Origin: Candidatus Latescibacterota bacterium
GTDB lineage: Bacteria; Latescibacterota; UBA2968; UBA8231
Length of the DNA stretch: 64,000 nucleotides
Direction of reading: 5' to 3'
Assembly (NCBI GenBank): GCA_965205655.1
Contig: CBDBIJ010000015.1
Location: 64,001 to 128,000 of the forward strand
The notes beneath the pieces are model-generated. The model saw only the letters and a program-made list of their open reading frames with translations. It was not told the DNA's origin and did no database searches. Made by a program: the position numbers and the translations under genes. Positions 22,069 through 31,194 of the stretch are shown one piece after another. The first letter of the stretch is position 1, and every line of letters starts with the position of its first letter.

Positions 22069-23247
22069 ATGTTGCACATGGCTCAAATGGGACGACCAGG
22101 ATTGTCCGCGTCACAGAAGTTGGAGGTATGGCGTCGATGGAAGAGCGGCCAGTCGCATAGCGATATTGGTCGGGCGCTCGGGAAGCATCCGGCGTCGATT
22201 CATGGTGTCATCACCGCCAATGGGGGCATCGTACCAATGCCGCGTCGACGCTCTCGATGGGCTCTTGGCTGGGAAGAGCGTGAAGAGATCTCTCGAGGTA
22301 TCGCTGCGGGAAAATCGATACGAATAATTGCGGCCGCTGTTGAGCGTGCACCCTCGACGGTTAGCCGAGAGATTGCCCGCAATGGCGGGCGGCAAAGGTA
22401 CCGAGCAAACGTCGCCGACCAAGCAGCCTGGACGCGCGCCAGCCGGCCGAAATGCTGCCGACTCGCATCCAATCTTCGTTTGCGGCGAGTCGTGGCGGAC
22501 AAGCTACGCCTGAAGTGGTCACCTGAGCAGATATCGGGATGGCTGAAGCGGGAGTATGCGCTTTTAGGAAATATGCAGATATCCCACGAAACGATCTATC
22601 GAACTCTCTTCATCCAGGCACGCGGGGCACTCAACAAGGACCTCATTGCGCATCTGCGGACGCGAAGGATGATGCGGCGATCCAAGAAGGCAAGCACACG
22701 CGATCAGCCGAGAGGCCGGATCGTCGACGCCGTATCCATCAGCGAGCGGCCTGCCGAGATCGAGGACCGCGCCGTTCCCGGCCACTGGGAGGGAGACTTG
22801 ATCTCGGGGTCGAACAACACGCACATCGCCACGTTGGTGGAGCGGCAGTCTCGGTTCACGATGCTCGTGAAGCTCAACGGCAAAGACACCGAGACCGTTG
22901 TCAGAGCGCTGATCAGCCAGGTGAAACGACTCCCCTCCGCGGTGCGGTTGTCCCTTACCTGGGATCGAGGAATGGAGCTAGCTCGGCACAAGGAGTTCTC
23001 GATCGCAACTGACGTCGAGGTGTATTTCTGTGATCCTCAGAGTCCCTGGCAACGAGGCACAAATGAGAACACGAATCGCCTTCTTCGACAGTACTTCCCG
23101 AGGAAGACCGATCTGTCGCCATTCTCCCAAGCCGACCTGAACAGAGTCGCTCTTCAACTGAACCAGCGCCCGCGGAAGACGTTGGGGTTCGTTTCACCCG
23201 CAGAACGCTTCAATGAAGGTGTTGCGTTGACGAAGGTGTTGCGTTGA
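22069..23247 (+). CDS. IS30-family transposase (double-HTH long form)
   Basis: WSPEQISG, GHWEGDL, TWDRGME, SPWQRGTNENTNRLLRQY. Confidence 0.96.
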   Translation: MLHMAQMGRPGLSASQKLEVWRRWKSGQSHSDIGRALGKHPASIHGVITANGGIVPMPRRRSRWALGWEEREEISRGIAAGKSIRIIAAAVERAPSTVSREIARNGGRQRYRANVADQAAWTRASRPKCCRLASNLRLRRVVADKLRLKWSPEQISGWLKREYALLGNMQISHETIYRTLFIQARGALNKDLIAHLRTRRMMRRSKKASTRDQPRGRIVDAVSISERPAEIEDRAVPGHWEGDLISGSNNTHIATLVERQSRFTMLVKLNGKDTETVVRALISQVKRLPSAVRLSLTWDRGMELARHKEFSIATDVEVYFCDPQSPWQRGTNENTNRLLRQYFPRKTDLSPFSQADLNRVALQLNQRPRKTLGFVSPAERFNEGVALTKVLR

Positions 23248-23248
23248 C
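23195..23248 (+). repeat. 17-bp tandem duplication GAAGGTGTTGCGTTGAC inside the IS right end
   Basis: Two adjacent copies at about 23215-23248; also present in the IS remnant at 32776-32860. Confidence 0.85.
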
Positions 23249-23820
23249 TGGTTGAACTCGCGTACCCCTTCCCACGCATCATCAGCATTCCCGAAGAATA
23301 CCGCTCCGTCCATCTCTATCCCGTCTCTGACGAGTTCCCCCTCGGCAATCCGCTGGCGGACCTGTTCCGCAAAGCCTGCACGCTCTTCGAGCGCCACGAG
23401 GACGAGCTTCAGCTATCGAACCGCGAGCTCGACACCGGGGAATACAGCGCCGAAAGTCTGGAGGGATTTATCGGATGCGCTCGGGCAGCCGTGGAGGTGG
23501 ACCCCAGAAGCTACAGCGAAGCGCTCTACGCTCAGAACCCGGAGATGCTCGACATCGTCGAGTGGACGAAGGTGTCCGCCGACGACTGGTTCGCGTTCAG
23601 CCTCTTGATGCGCAACACGATCGTCGAGATGGTGAACCGGCTGCTGCAGAATACGAGATAGGCAATATACCGTTGGCGAGCTCCACTCGCCGTCTTTCCA
23701 GGGCGCGCATACGCGGCCCACTCATTTTCTTTCCGCCGCCTCCCAGAGAATCACAACCCGCACTGAAAAGTGTGAGGATGTAGGTCTGCGTTTGCTCGAA
23801 CGAGCGCTCGGCACGATAGG

Positions 23821-24015
23821 GGGATCGAGGCCGAACGCCTGCGCCGCATCTTCGACTTCGCACGGTCCTCGTCGACGGTGAAGATGGGGTTTGGGCTAGC
23901 GACCGCCTACAGCGTCATTCGGGAACACGACGGCGCTATTCACATCGACAGCACCGTGGGCGAAGGCACAACGGTGAGCGTCCGGCTGCCGCGGCGGCAG
24001 AGTGGGAACAGCTGA
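23821..24015 (+). pseudogene. Histidine kinase HATPase C-terminal remnant
   Basis: GIEAERLRRIFDF...MGFGLATAYSVIREHDGAIHIDSTVGEGTTVSVRLP (F, G2, G3 boxes) with no start or upstream domains. Confidence 0.8.
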
Positions 24016-24111
24016 TGAGACGGACACCAGTGGCGCAAAATCGAGACGAAAGACTCGCGCAAGGAAATGAGAAGACAGTACGGTTGAGGGATTGACAGAT
24101 GGGGGTGACGA

Positions 24112-24333
24112 CTACTCGAGCTCGGCGAGGACCTCGTCCATCGACCACAGCCGCTCCGCATCTTCCAGAAGGGCCTGAATTATGAATGGGTGAGCCTTCA
24201 CGGTCTGGGTATCGACGAACTCGAACCCGGGGGCCCAGTTGCCGTTTCTGTCTTTTACGTACATGGCCTTGTCTTCAATGACGGTGATTTCGTCAGCTCG
24301 GCCATGAGCATCTCGGTAGCGGTAATGTGGCAT
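24112..24333 (-). CDS. Small 73-aa hypothetical protein
   Basis: AAGGAGG RBS, plausible globular sequence MPHYRYRDAHGRADEITVIEDKAMYVKDRNGNW... Confidence 0.7.
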   Translation of the reverse strand: MPHYRYRDAHGRADEITVIEDKAMYVKDRNGNWAPGFEFVDTQTVKAHPFIIQALLEDAERLWSMDEVLAELE

Positions 24334-24375
24334 TGGAGCACCTCCTTCAATTGTGCTGCCTCTGCCCAGCATACT

Positions 24376-24392
24376 AACAAATAGCGTGCCAG
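24376..24392 (-). promoter_or_regulatory. Putative sigma54 -24/-12 promoter
   Basis: CTGGCACGCTATTTGT versus consensus TGGCAC-N5-TTGC, 43 bp upstream of the small ORF. Confidence 0.55.
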
Positions 24393-24495
24393 ACTGACCA
24401 GCTCTCCTCGTCTCCCGATTACCAGGGTCTTAAGGCCTGTAGGCACTGGCGCTTCTCCAGTAGCCGCACACAGAGCCTCCCCTTATCCGGGTATA

Positions 24496-24509
24496 TCGGG
24501 ATTTCCCGA
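24496..24509. promoter_or_regulatory. Palindromic operator/UAS candidate
   Basis: TCGGGA-TT-TCCCGA, about 110 bp upstream of the sigma54 element. Confidence 0.45.
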
Positions 24510-24845
24510 AAATACGTGAGCGACAATCGGAGCGACCGCCGGGTGGGAATCGATGGTGGTTGCGCAATTCGTTGTGAAAGCACGAGTTAGAGTCGGAGCC
24601 GCGGCTGAATCGCGAATCGATCGATCGTTTGTGGGCGTTCTGCAGAGCTTGAAAAAACTGAGGTCTATTTCAGGTTTTTGACGCGTCGGAGAGGTGGTCT
24701 GAACGGGAACGATCGTTTACATGACTGTGCGTCTATGTTCACAAAGCTGCCAGTCACTCGCGGGGCGCTGAATTGAGCTGTCCTCACTGCCGCCAAGGGT
24801 GAAGAAAAAGGTGGATTTGCCCCTTTCTTGGGGGGTTGAACCCTC

Positions 24846-24861
24846 TGTGAGCCGGCTCACA
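24846..24861. promoter_or_regulatory. CRP-type binding site
   Basis: Perfect palindrome TGTGA-GCCGGC-TCACA in an intergenic region. Confidence 0.55.
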
Positions 24862-25047
24862 AGCCGTGATTCGATGATGTGCCTGCGGCCGAATTCGCCA
24901 CTGCCCTGTCGCGGTAGGTTTGTTTCCGTCCATCTTTCCCTTGCACGCTTAGACGATTTGCCGTACAACCTGACCACACCGTCGTATCCGGCTCCAAACT
25001 CTTCCTGAGCCGGTGTGGAAATCCTCTGAAAGGAAGCCTGCGAACGC

Positions 25048-26082
25048 ATGAGCGATTCGACGTACACGTCCGGAATCATCGGCCTCGGATTCATCGGCGC
25101 TGGCGATCAGGTCTCCGGCGACGCCCTGGGTCAGCGGGTGGATGATCTGGGCGGCACGCACTATTCCGCCTACGCCAACCACCCTCGCGTCGAGCTGGTG
25201 GCGGGCAGCAGTCGGGACTCTGGTAGGCGCGAACGGTTCGAGGCCAGAGCCGGTGTCAAGACCTACCCCGACTGGCGCGTCCTGCTCGAGGAAGAGCAGC
25301 TGGACATCGTCAGCGTCGCCACCTACGCCCCGCAGCACGCCGAAATAACCGTCGCCTGTGCCGAGAAAGGCGTGCGCGCCATCTATTGCGAAAAACCGAT
25401 CGCCACACTGATGGCCGATGCGGAACAGATGGTCGCCGCCTGCCAAAAGGCCGGCTCGCTGCTCGTGATCAATCACCAGCGTCGCTTTGATGACACCTAT
25501 CACCGACTGCGCCAGCTCATCGCCGAGGGCGGCCTGGGGGAGCTGAGCTCCGTGTCGGCGCATTGGTCCGGCGGACGGCTGGGAAACGTCGGGACTCACA
25601 TATTCGACACTTTGCAGATGGTCACGTCCCGTCGCATCGAGGCCGCGTGCGGACGCCTCGACCTGGCCGGAAAACCGGACTGCCGAGGGCCCGAGTTCGC
25701 CGATCCGGGAGGGCAAGGGATGATCCGCTTCGAGGGTGGACTTCTGGGCTTCGTGGACGCCCCCGATTACGGGTTTGTCGCGGGGACCATTTCTGTCATC
25801 GGAACAGAGGGCCGGGCTGTGATCACCGGGCCTGTGATGGCGATCGAGCTCAGGAACGGCACGTCTCAAGAGTGGACGCAGAGCAACTCCGGGATGGATG
25901 GAGCCACGTCTGAGATCGTCGACTACCTCGACGGCGAGGCCGCCTTTCCATACGATGTCGGCGAGGCAGTGCGGACCCTCGAGGTCATCGTCGCCTTTCA
26001 CGCTTCGCACACCCGCGACGGCGCCTGGACTCAGCTCCCCCTCACAGGTGCGGACCGCGAGATTATCGTCAACAGCGGCTGA
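25048..26082 (+). CDS. Gfo/Idh/MocA family oxidoreductase
   Basis: GIIGLGFIG, IVSVAT, CEKPIA, INHQRRF. Confidence 0.9.
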   Translation: MSDSTYTSGIIGLGFIGAGDQVSGDALGQRVDDLGGTHYSAYANHPRVELVAGSSRDSGRRERFEARAGVKTYPDWRVLLEEEQLDIVSVATYAPQHAEITVACAEKGVRAIYCEKPIATLMADAEQMVAACQKAGSLLVINHQRRFDDTYHRLRQLIAEGGLGELSSVSAHWSGGRLGNVGTHIFDTLQMVTSRRIEAACGRLDLAGKPDCRGPEFADPGGQGMIRFEGGLLGFVDAPDYGFVAGTISVIGTEGRAVITGPVMAIELRNGTSQEWTQSNSGMDGATSEIVDYLDGEAAFPYDVGEAVRTLEVIVAFHASHTRDGAWTQLPLTGADREIIVNSG

Positions 26083-26103
26083 GAGCGGCAGTGGGAGAGA
26101 AGA

Positions 26104-26826
26104 ATGTTCGGTGAGATCACCAACCGCCAAGGCGAGCGGCTGGATTATGCCTTTCACGAGGGCGACGGCTCGAAGCGCGTCGTCGTTCTCGGGCACGGTG
26201 TCACCGGCAACAAGGATCGGCCCTTTCTGGTGCATCTCGCTGAAGGTCTCGCCGGGGCGGGTGTCGCCGCGCTTCGGTTTTCGTTCGCCGGCAACGGAGA
26301 GTCCGGCGGTGGATTCGTGGACTCCACGATTTCGAAAGAGGTTGACGATCTCGGATCTGTTCTCGACGTCCTCGAGGGGTACACCGTGTGCTACGGTGGA
26401 CACAGCATGGGGGGCGCCGTCGGAGTCCTGCGCGCCACCGAGGACGAGCGCATACGCTACCTCGTCTCTCTGGCTGGCATGGTGCATACGGAGGCCTTCG
26501 CCGCCCGCGAGTTCGGGGACGTGAAGCCGGATGAGGGAAACATGTGGGACGACGCCGATTGTCCCCTGTCGCAGGCGTACATGGACGATTTGTCCGCGAT
26601 CGACACGGTCGTCGAGTACGGCGGGCGCATCGCCGTTCCATGGCTTCTCGTCCACGGTACCGACGACGACGTGGTGCCGCTGCAGGATTCACGCGACATC
26701 TTTGCGAGGGCGCCCGAGCCGAAGCAGCTTGTGGAAATCGACGCGGGCGACCACGTCTTCAGCGGCGACGCGGCCCCGATGATGACCAAAGTCGTCGTCG
26801 AATGGGTCAAGGGCAGCATGGCCTAG
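26104..26826 (+). CDS. Alpha/beta hydrolase
   Basis: GHSMGG nucleophile elbow, HGTDDDVVP, GDHVF. Confidence 0.9.
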   Translation: MFGEITNRQGERLDYAFHEGDGSKRVVVLGHGVTGNKDRPFLVHLAEGLAGAGVAALRFSFAGNGESGGGFVDSTISKEVDDLGSVLDVLEGYTVCYGGHSMGGAVGVLRATEDERIRYLVSLAGMVHTEAFAAREFGDVKPDEGNMWDDADCPLSQAYMDDLSAIDTVVEYGGRIAVPWLLVHGTDDDVVPLQDSRDIFARAPEPKQLVEIDAGDHVFSGDAAPMMTKVVVEWVKGSMA

Positions 26827-26833
26827 CCTGCGA

Positions 26834-27679
26834 ATGCTGAAACTCGCTGCCCTCTGGTCTGTCGGAATCAGCGCCGCCGGCGTCTATGCCGCCTACTGTG
26901 GTCTGCTGTTCGTCTCGCAGCGGTGGATGCTTTTCCCCGGTGATCGCCTCGTCGGGTCCAACTCCGCAGCTCCCGACCACGCCGAAGTTGTGTGGCTGGA
27001 CATGCAGTTCGGTCGGGTTGAGTCGTGGTACTTCGCTCCTGAGACACCGGCTCCGTCAGTTCTTTCCGCGCGACTCCCCCTCGTCATCGCCGCACACGGT
27101 AACGGCGAACTCATCGATACATTTCCGGTCGAGTTTCGCGGCTTTCTCGAGCTTGGAATGGCCGTCTTGCTCGTCGAGTACCCTGGATACGGCCGCTCTG
27201 ACGGATCTCCCTCTCAGGAGACGGTGACGGAGGTCCTCGTCGCCGCCTACGATACCATGGCTGCCCGCGGTGATATCGACGCGGGCCGCATCGTCTTGTT
27301 CGGTCGCTCGCTCGGCGGCGGTGCCGTGTGCGCGCTGGCGGCCGAGCGTGACGCGGCGGCACTCATCCTGTTGTCCACCTTTACGAGCATCCGCTCAATG
27401 GCTCGCCGCTTTTTGGCCCCCTCCTTTCTCGTTCGCGATTCCTTCGATAATCTCGAGGTCGTGAAGTCTTACGCCGGACCCGTTCTCGTCATCCACGGCT
27501 CGCAGGATAGGTTGATCCCCCATTCCCACGGCCTGAAATTAGGTGAGGCGGCCAGCAGGGGTAGCATGGTGACCTATGATTGCAATCACGGAAACTGCCC
27601 GCGCGACTGGGACCAGTTCTGGGGCGACGTCGCCGGGTTTCTGACGACCGAACGCATCCTTACGCGGTCACAACCGTGA
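26834..27679 (+). CDS. Membrane-anchored alpha/beta hydrolase (ABHD13/Bem46-like)
   Basis: HGNGE, EYPGYGRS, GRSLGG, HGSQDRLIP. Confidence 0.9.
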   Translation: MLKLAALWSVGISAAGVYAAYCGLLFVSQRWMLFPGDRLVGSNSAAPDHAEVVWLDMQFGRVESWYFAPETPAPSVLSARLPLVIAAHGNGELIDTFPVEFRGFLELGMAVLLVEYPGYGRSDGSPSQETVTEVLVAAYDTMAARGDIDAGRIVLFGRSLGGGAVCALAAERDAAALILLSTFTSIRSMARRFLAPSFLVRDSFDNLEVVKSYAGPVLVIHGSQDRLIPHSHGLKLGEAASRGSMVTYDCNHGNCPRDWDQFWGDVAGFLTTERILTRSQP

Positions 27680-29364
27680 AGTTCTCCCCCAGTCTCATCG
27701 CCTACTTCTTCGGCAGCCGGAAAATGCGGCGCAACCTCATTGTGCTGTCGCGTTTTCTTGCCGCCCTCCTGTTTCTCACGGCTCTCTACAGTGTGGGCTT
27801 CCACTATCTCATGGCCAGGGAAGGTCATGATCACACCTGGTTCACAGGCGTGTACTGGACCCTCACAGTGATGTCCACGCTCGGGTTCGGAGACATCACT
27901 TTTCAGTCCGATCTCGGGCGGGCGTTTTCCGTGATCGTCCTGCTTTCCGGATCCGTATTCATGCTCATTCTCCTGCCGTTTACCTTCCTCCAGTTTTTTT
28001 GGAACCCTTGGACGGAGGCGCAGAGAGCCGCACAAGCGCCGCGGCAGGTGGCACCTGAGGTTCGCGATCACATTGTGTTGACGCACCACGATCTGGTGAC
28101 GAGCGCCTTCATCGACAGGCTCGGTCAATTCAACTACACCTACAGGCTCATCGTCCCGGATACAGCAGAGGCCGTGCGCTTGAGCGACGAAGGCATCGAC
28201 GTCGTCGGCGGCGAGCTCGACGATCTCAATACCTACAAGCGAGTCGGCGTGGAGCGCGCCGCTCTCGTAGTGACGACGGACACGGATATGGTCAACGCGT
28301 CCGTGGCCTCGACAATCCGATCGATTACCGGAGACGTGCCAATCATCGCCACAGCAGACCTGGTCGACTCTGTCGACGTGCTGCAGCTGGCCGGCAGTAC
28401 CCATGTCGTCCAGCTCGCGGAGATGCTCGGTCAATCTATGGTGCGTCGGATCAGTGGTGGGGACGCCATGTCCCATGTCATCGGCGAGTTCGATGCGCTT
28501 CAGATCGCCGAGGCCACGGCAGCGCGCACTCCGCTTGTGGGAAAAACCCTGGCGGAATCCGGTCTGCGTCAGCTCGTCGGCGTGAACGTGATCGGCGTGT
28601 GGGAGCGCGGCCACTTTGAGACGGCACACAACGAGACCATCGTCAATGAAAACACCGTCCTCGTGTTGGCCGGCTCACCGGAGCAGCTGAACACCTATGA
28701 CGAGCTGTTTGCGATCTACAACCAGTCCGAGCGGCCCGTCATCATCGTCGGGGCCGGAAGAGTTGGCCGGGCCACGGCGAAGGCGTTGGAGGCACGACAG
28801 CTCGACTACCGAATCGTCGAACAGGATACCGGGCGCGCCGGTGACGAGCGCTACGTGTGGGGCTCCGCCGCCGACCTCGCCGTCCTGAAGCGCGCTGGAA
28901 TCGACACGGCTCCGACGGTTGTACTGACGGCCCGCGACGACGAGACGAACGTCTATCTCGCCATCTATTGCCGCAGCCTGCGGCCGGACATTCAGATCAT
29001 AGCCCGCGCGAACAACGAGCGAAACATTCAGACTCTGCACCGAGCCGGCACCGACTTCGTGCTGTCGTACGCCTCCATGGGAGCCAGCATCATGCTCAAT
29101 CTTCTGCAGAGGAGCAGCACCCTATTGATCGCCGAGGGACTGGACGTGTTTCGAGTACCCGTGCCCGGCTCACTGGCACGCCGATCGATCGCCGAGTCCT
29201 CGATCAGGCCCCGGACGGGTTGCTCCGTGGTTGCCATCGCTGTGGATGGAGAGACCCACGTGAACCCCGATCCCTTTGATCCCCTCCCCGACAAAGGAGA
29301 GATCATCCTCATCGGCACGGCGGCGGGAGAGCGGAAGTTTCTCGAGCAATTCGCTCCCGCGTGA
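27676..29364 (+). CDS. Potassium channel with tandem RCK (TrkA-N/C) domains
   Basis: Pore motif TVMSTLGFGD between two TMs; GAGRVG Rossmann motif; two RCK_C-like segments. Confidence 0.9.
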   Translation: MKFSPSLIAYFFGSRKMRRNLIVLSRFLAALLFLTALYSVGFHYLMAREGHDHTWFTGVYWTLTVMSTLGFGDITFQSDLGRAFSVIVLLSGSVFMLILLPFTFLQFFWNPWTEAQRAAQAPRQVAPEVRDHIVLTHHDLVTSAFIDRLGQFNYTYRLIVPDTAEAVRLSDEGIDVVGGELDDLNTYKRVGVERAALVVTTDTDMVNASVASTIRSITGDVPIIATADLVDSVDVLQLAGSTHVVQLAEMLGQSMVRRISGGDAMSHVIGEFDALQIAEATAARTPLVGKTLAESGLRQLVGVNVIGVWERGHFETAHNETIVNENTVLVLAGSPEQLNTYDELFAIYNQSERPVIIVGAGRVGRATAKALEARQLDYRIVEQDTGRAGDERYVWGSAADLAVLKRAGIDTAPTVVLTARDDETNVYLAIYCRSLRPDIQIIARANNERNIQTLHRAGTDFVLSYASMGASIMLNLLQRSSTLLIAEGLDVFRVPVPGSLARRSIAESSIRPRTGCSVVAIAVDGETHVNPDPFDPLPDKGEIILIGTAAGERKFLEQFAPA

Positions 29365-29367
29365 GGC

Positions 29368-30300
29368 TCAGTTTGGTTCACCTCCCGCCCAATCGCGGGG
29401 CACGAGAAACCGCTCGTAGAGCTCCGCCTCGGGTGAGCCGGGTTCCGGTCGCCAGTCATAGCGCCAGTGAACCTGCGGCGGCATAGAGACGAGGATGGAT
29501 TCGGCGCGGCCGCCCGACTGCAGGCCGAACAAGGTGCCGCGGTCGTAGACGAGATTGAACTCGACGTAGCGGCCCCTCCGGTAGAGCTGGAAATCCCGTT
29601 CCCTGTCTGAAAACGGCATGTCCGTGCGCCGTTCGAGAATCGGCATGTAGGCCTGCAGGTAGTGCTCTCCGACACTCCTGGCAAATGCGAAGCTGCGCTC
29701 GAAGCCGCCGTCGTCGAAGTCGTCGAAAAACAGTCCGCCAATGCCTCGCGGCTCATTGCGGTGGGTGACGTAGAAGTACTCGTCGCACCATTTCTTCAGG
29801 CGCGCATATAAACCTACATCGAAGGCATCACAGGCCGTTTTCGCAGTTTGGTGCCAGTGGACGGCATCCTCGACAAAACCGTAGAACGGTGTCAGGTCGA
29901 ACCCCCCACCGAACCACCACGCGGCGTCCGCCCCCATTTTGGCTGGCGCGTAAAAGAATCGCAGATTGGCGTGTGATGTCGGCGCGTAGGGATTGAGCGG
30001 GTGGACGATAACGGACACTCCAATGGCCTCGAAGGGACGTCCCGCCAGATGCGGACGGCGGGCGGAGGCGGATGCCGGAAGCTGGTCTCCCGACACGTGG
30101 GAAAAGTTGACGCCTGCTCGCTCGATGACGGCGCCGTTCTCGAACACCCGGGAGCGCCCGCCACCTCCGCTGTCACGCCGCCAGTGATCGTCGCGGAATC
30201 GAGCATCGCCGCCCTCCGCGCGCTCGAGGGCGTCACAGACCTGGCTCTGAACAGTCGCGAGAAACTCTGTTACCGCTTCGATGTCGGGCGCATCACTCAT
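29368..30300 (-). CDS. hemF: Oxygen-dependent coproporphyrinogen III oxidase
   Basis: [53 protein letters not shown]. Confidence 0.97.
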   Translation of the reverse strand: MSDAPDIEAVTEFLATVQSQVCDALERAEGGDARFRDDHWRRDSGGGGRSRVFENGAVIERAGVNFSHVSGDQLPASASARRPHLAGRPFEAIGVSVIVHPLNPYAPTSHANLRFFYAPAKMGADAAWWFGGGFDLTPFYGFVEDAVHWHQTAKTACDAFDVGLYARLKKWCDEYFYVTHRNEPRGIGGLFFDDFDDGGFERSFAFARSVGEHYLQAYMPILERRTDMPFSDRERDFQLYRRGRYVEFNLVYDRGTLFGLQSGGRAESILVSMPPQVHWRYDWRPEPGSPEAELYERFLVPRDWAGGEPN

Positions 30301-30357
30301 GGAACATACGCAGGATGTCGTCGTCGACTGGACTCGCTGACGACAGGATGTCGTCCA

Positions 30358-31191
30358 TCAACCGGGCAGGTGCATGCCGTTGTTGAAACGCGTCAGCTCT
30401 ACGAGCAACGAGGGGAAGTCGATCCCCAGCCGCCTCTGCCATTGGGCGGCGCGGCGCGCCACTGCCTTCGCCGTGGTGGCGGGAGCGGTGGCGAAGGCCA
30501 GGGCGATACAGTTGAGCTTTCCCGCCACCGGCAGGTAGAGCGGCCGGGGATCGAAAGACCTCTCGAGGTTTTGCCGCACCGCGTCTTCTTCTTCTTTTCT
30601 GTGTCCGTACCACAGGTTGATGGCGAGAATCCCGGTCTCGGCGAGCAGCTGTCGGCATCGCGGAAAGAACTCGGGCGCCCGCACGGCCGGCGCCATGCCG
30701 GTGCTGTCGTGCAGGTCGACGATAATGACGTCGTAGCGTCGTGTGCCCGATGACGGACCAGTGTGCCGGGCGAGAAAGTCGCTGCCGTCCTCGCAGTGGA
30801 CGGTGTTTCGAGGATCGTCTGCGACCTCGAAAAAACGGCGCGCCACATCGAGCACCGCTGCTCGGCGCTCCACGGTATCGAGGTGGCAATCGGGAAACTG
30901 GGTGAGAAAAAACTTGACGAGCGATCCGCCGCCAAGCCCCAGCATCAACGCCGAGCGCGGCGGGCGCTCGGCGAACAGCAGACAGACCATGAGGCAGTGG
31001 GTGTAGGACAGGGCGAGGGCAGCCGGGTCGTTGAGGAACATGGTGGATTGGCGGGCCTGCGTGCCGAACTGAAGTGAGCGCAGCGCATTCGCCTCATCGA
31101 CGACGTCGATGATCCCCTCGTCATCCTCACAGCTGAAGATGACCTCACCACCACCTCTGTACGCCGGCCTCGACATGACTTTCTCCGACAA
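30358..31191 (-). CDS. Spermidine synthase-like SAM-dependent transferase
   Basis: LMLGLGGGSL, VE, EDG, YDVIIVD. Confidence 0.82.
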   Translation of the reverse strand: MSEKVMSRPAYRGGGEVIFSCEDDEGIIDVVDEANALRSLQFGTQARQSTMFLNDPAALALSYTHCLMVCLLFAERPPRSALMLGLGGGSLVKFFLTQFPDCHLDTVERRAAVLDVARRFFEVADDPRNTVHCEDGSDFLARHTGPSSGTRRYDVIIVDLHDSTGMAPAVRAPEFFPRCRQLLAETGILAINLWYGHRKEEEDAVRQNLERSFDPRPLYLPVAGKLNCIALAFATAPATTAKAVARRAAQWQRRLGIDFPSLLVELTRFNNGMHLPG

Positions 31192-31194
31192 GGC

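Larger units (their letters stand above)
22016..23262 (+). mobile_element. IS30-family insertion sequence (element B)
   Basis: Inverted ends GGTATATTCAATCGGTCAATGCAAC / CGCGAGTTCAACCAGTCAACGCAAC flank the transposase. Confidence 0.88.
20653..23661 (+). pseudogene. HDOD-domain signalling protein, frameshifted near 21250 and interrupted by IS30 element B
   Basis: LPGFPHIC..IEPDGALQASIVRTSN, HSVSVG, AFTAGILHDVGK, PIRGHH. The reading frame resumes at 23263 (YPFPRIISIPEE...LLQNTR*). Confidence 0.82.

Noticed and set aside
23195..23262. Short tandem repeats resembling a mini CRISPR array
   Set aside because: Only two abutting 17-bp copies with no spacer, inside the IS end; no cas genes.
24720..25047. 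Riboswitch upstream of the oxidoreductase operon
   Set aside because: No recognisable cobalamin, c-di-GMP, TPP, SAM or glycine consensus by eye; an Rfam scan is needed.
24949..26655. Long antisense ORFs (e.g. 568 aa here, also 39-1031, 356-1645, 17232-18527)
   Set aside because: Shadow ORFs of high-GC genes on the opposite strand or frame, with no family motifs.
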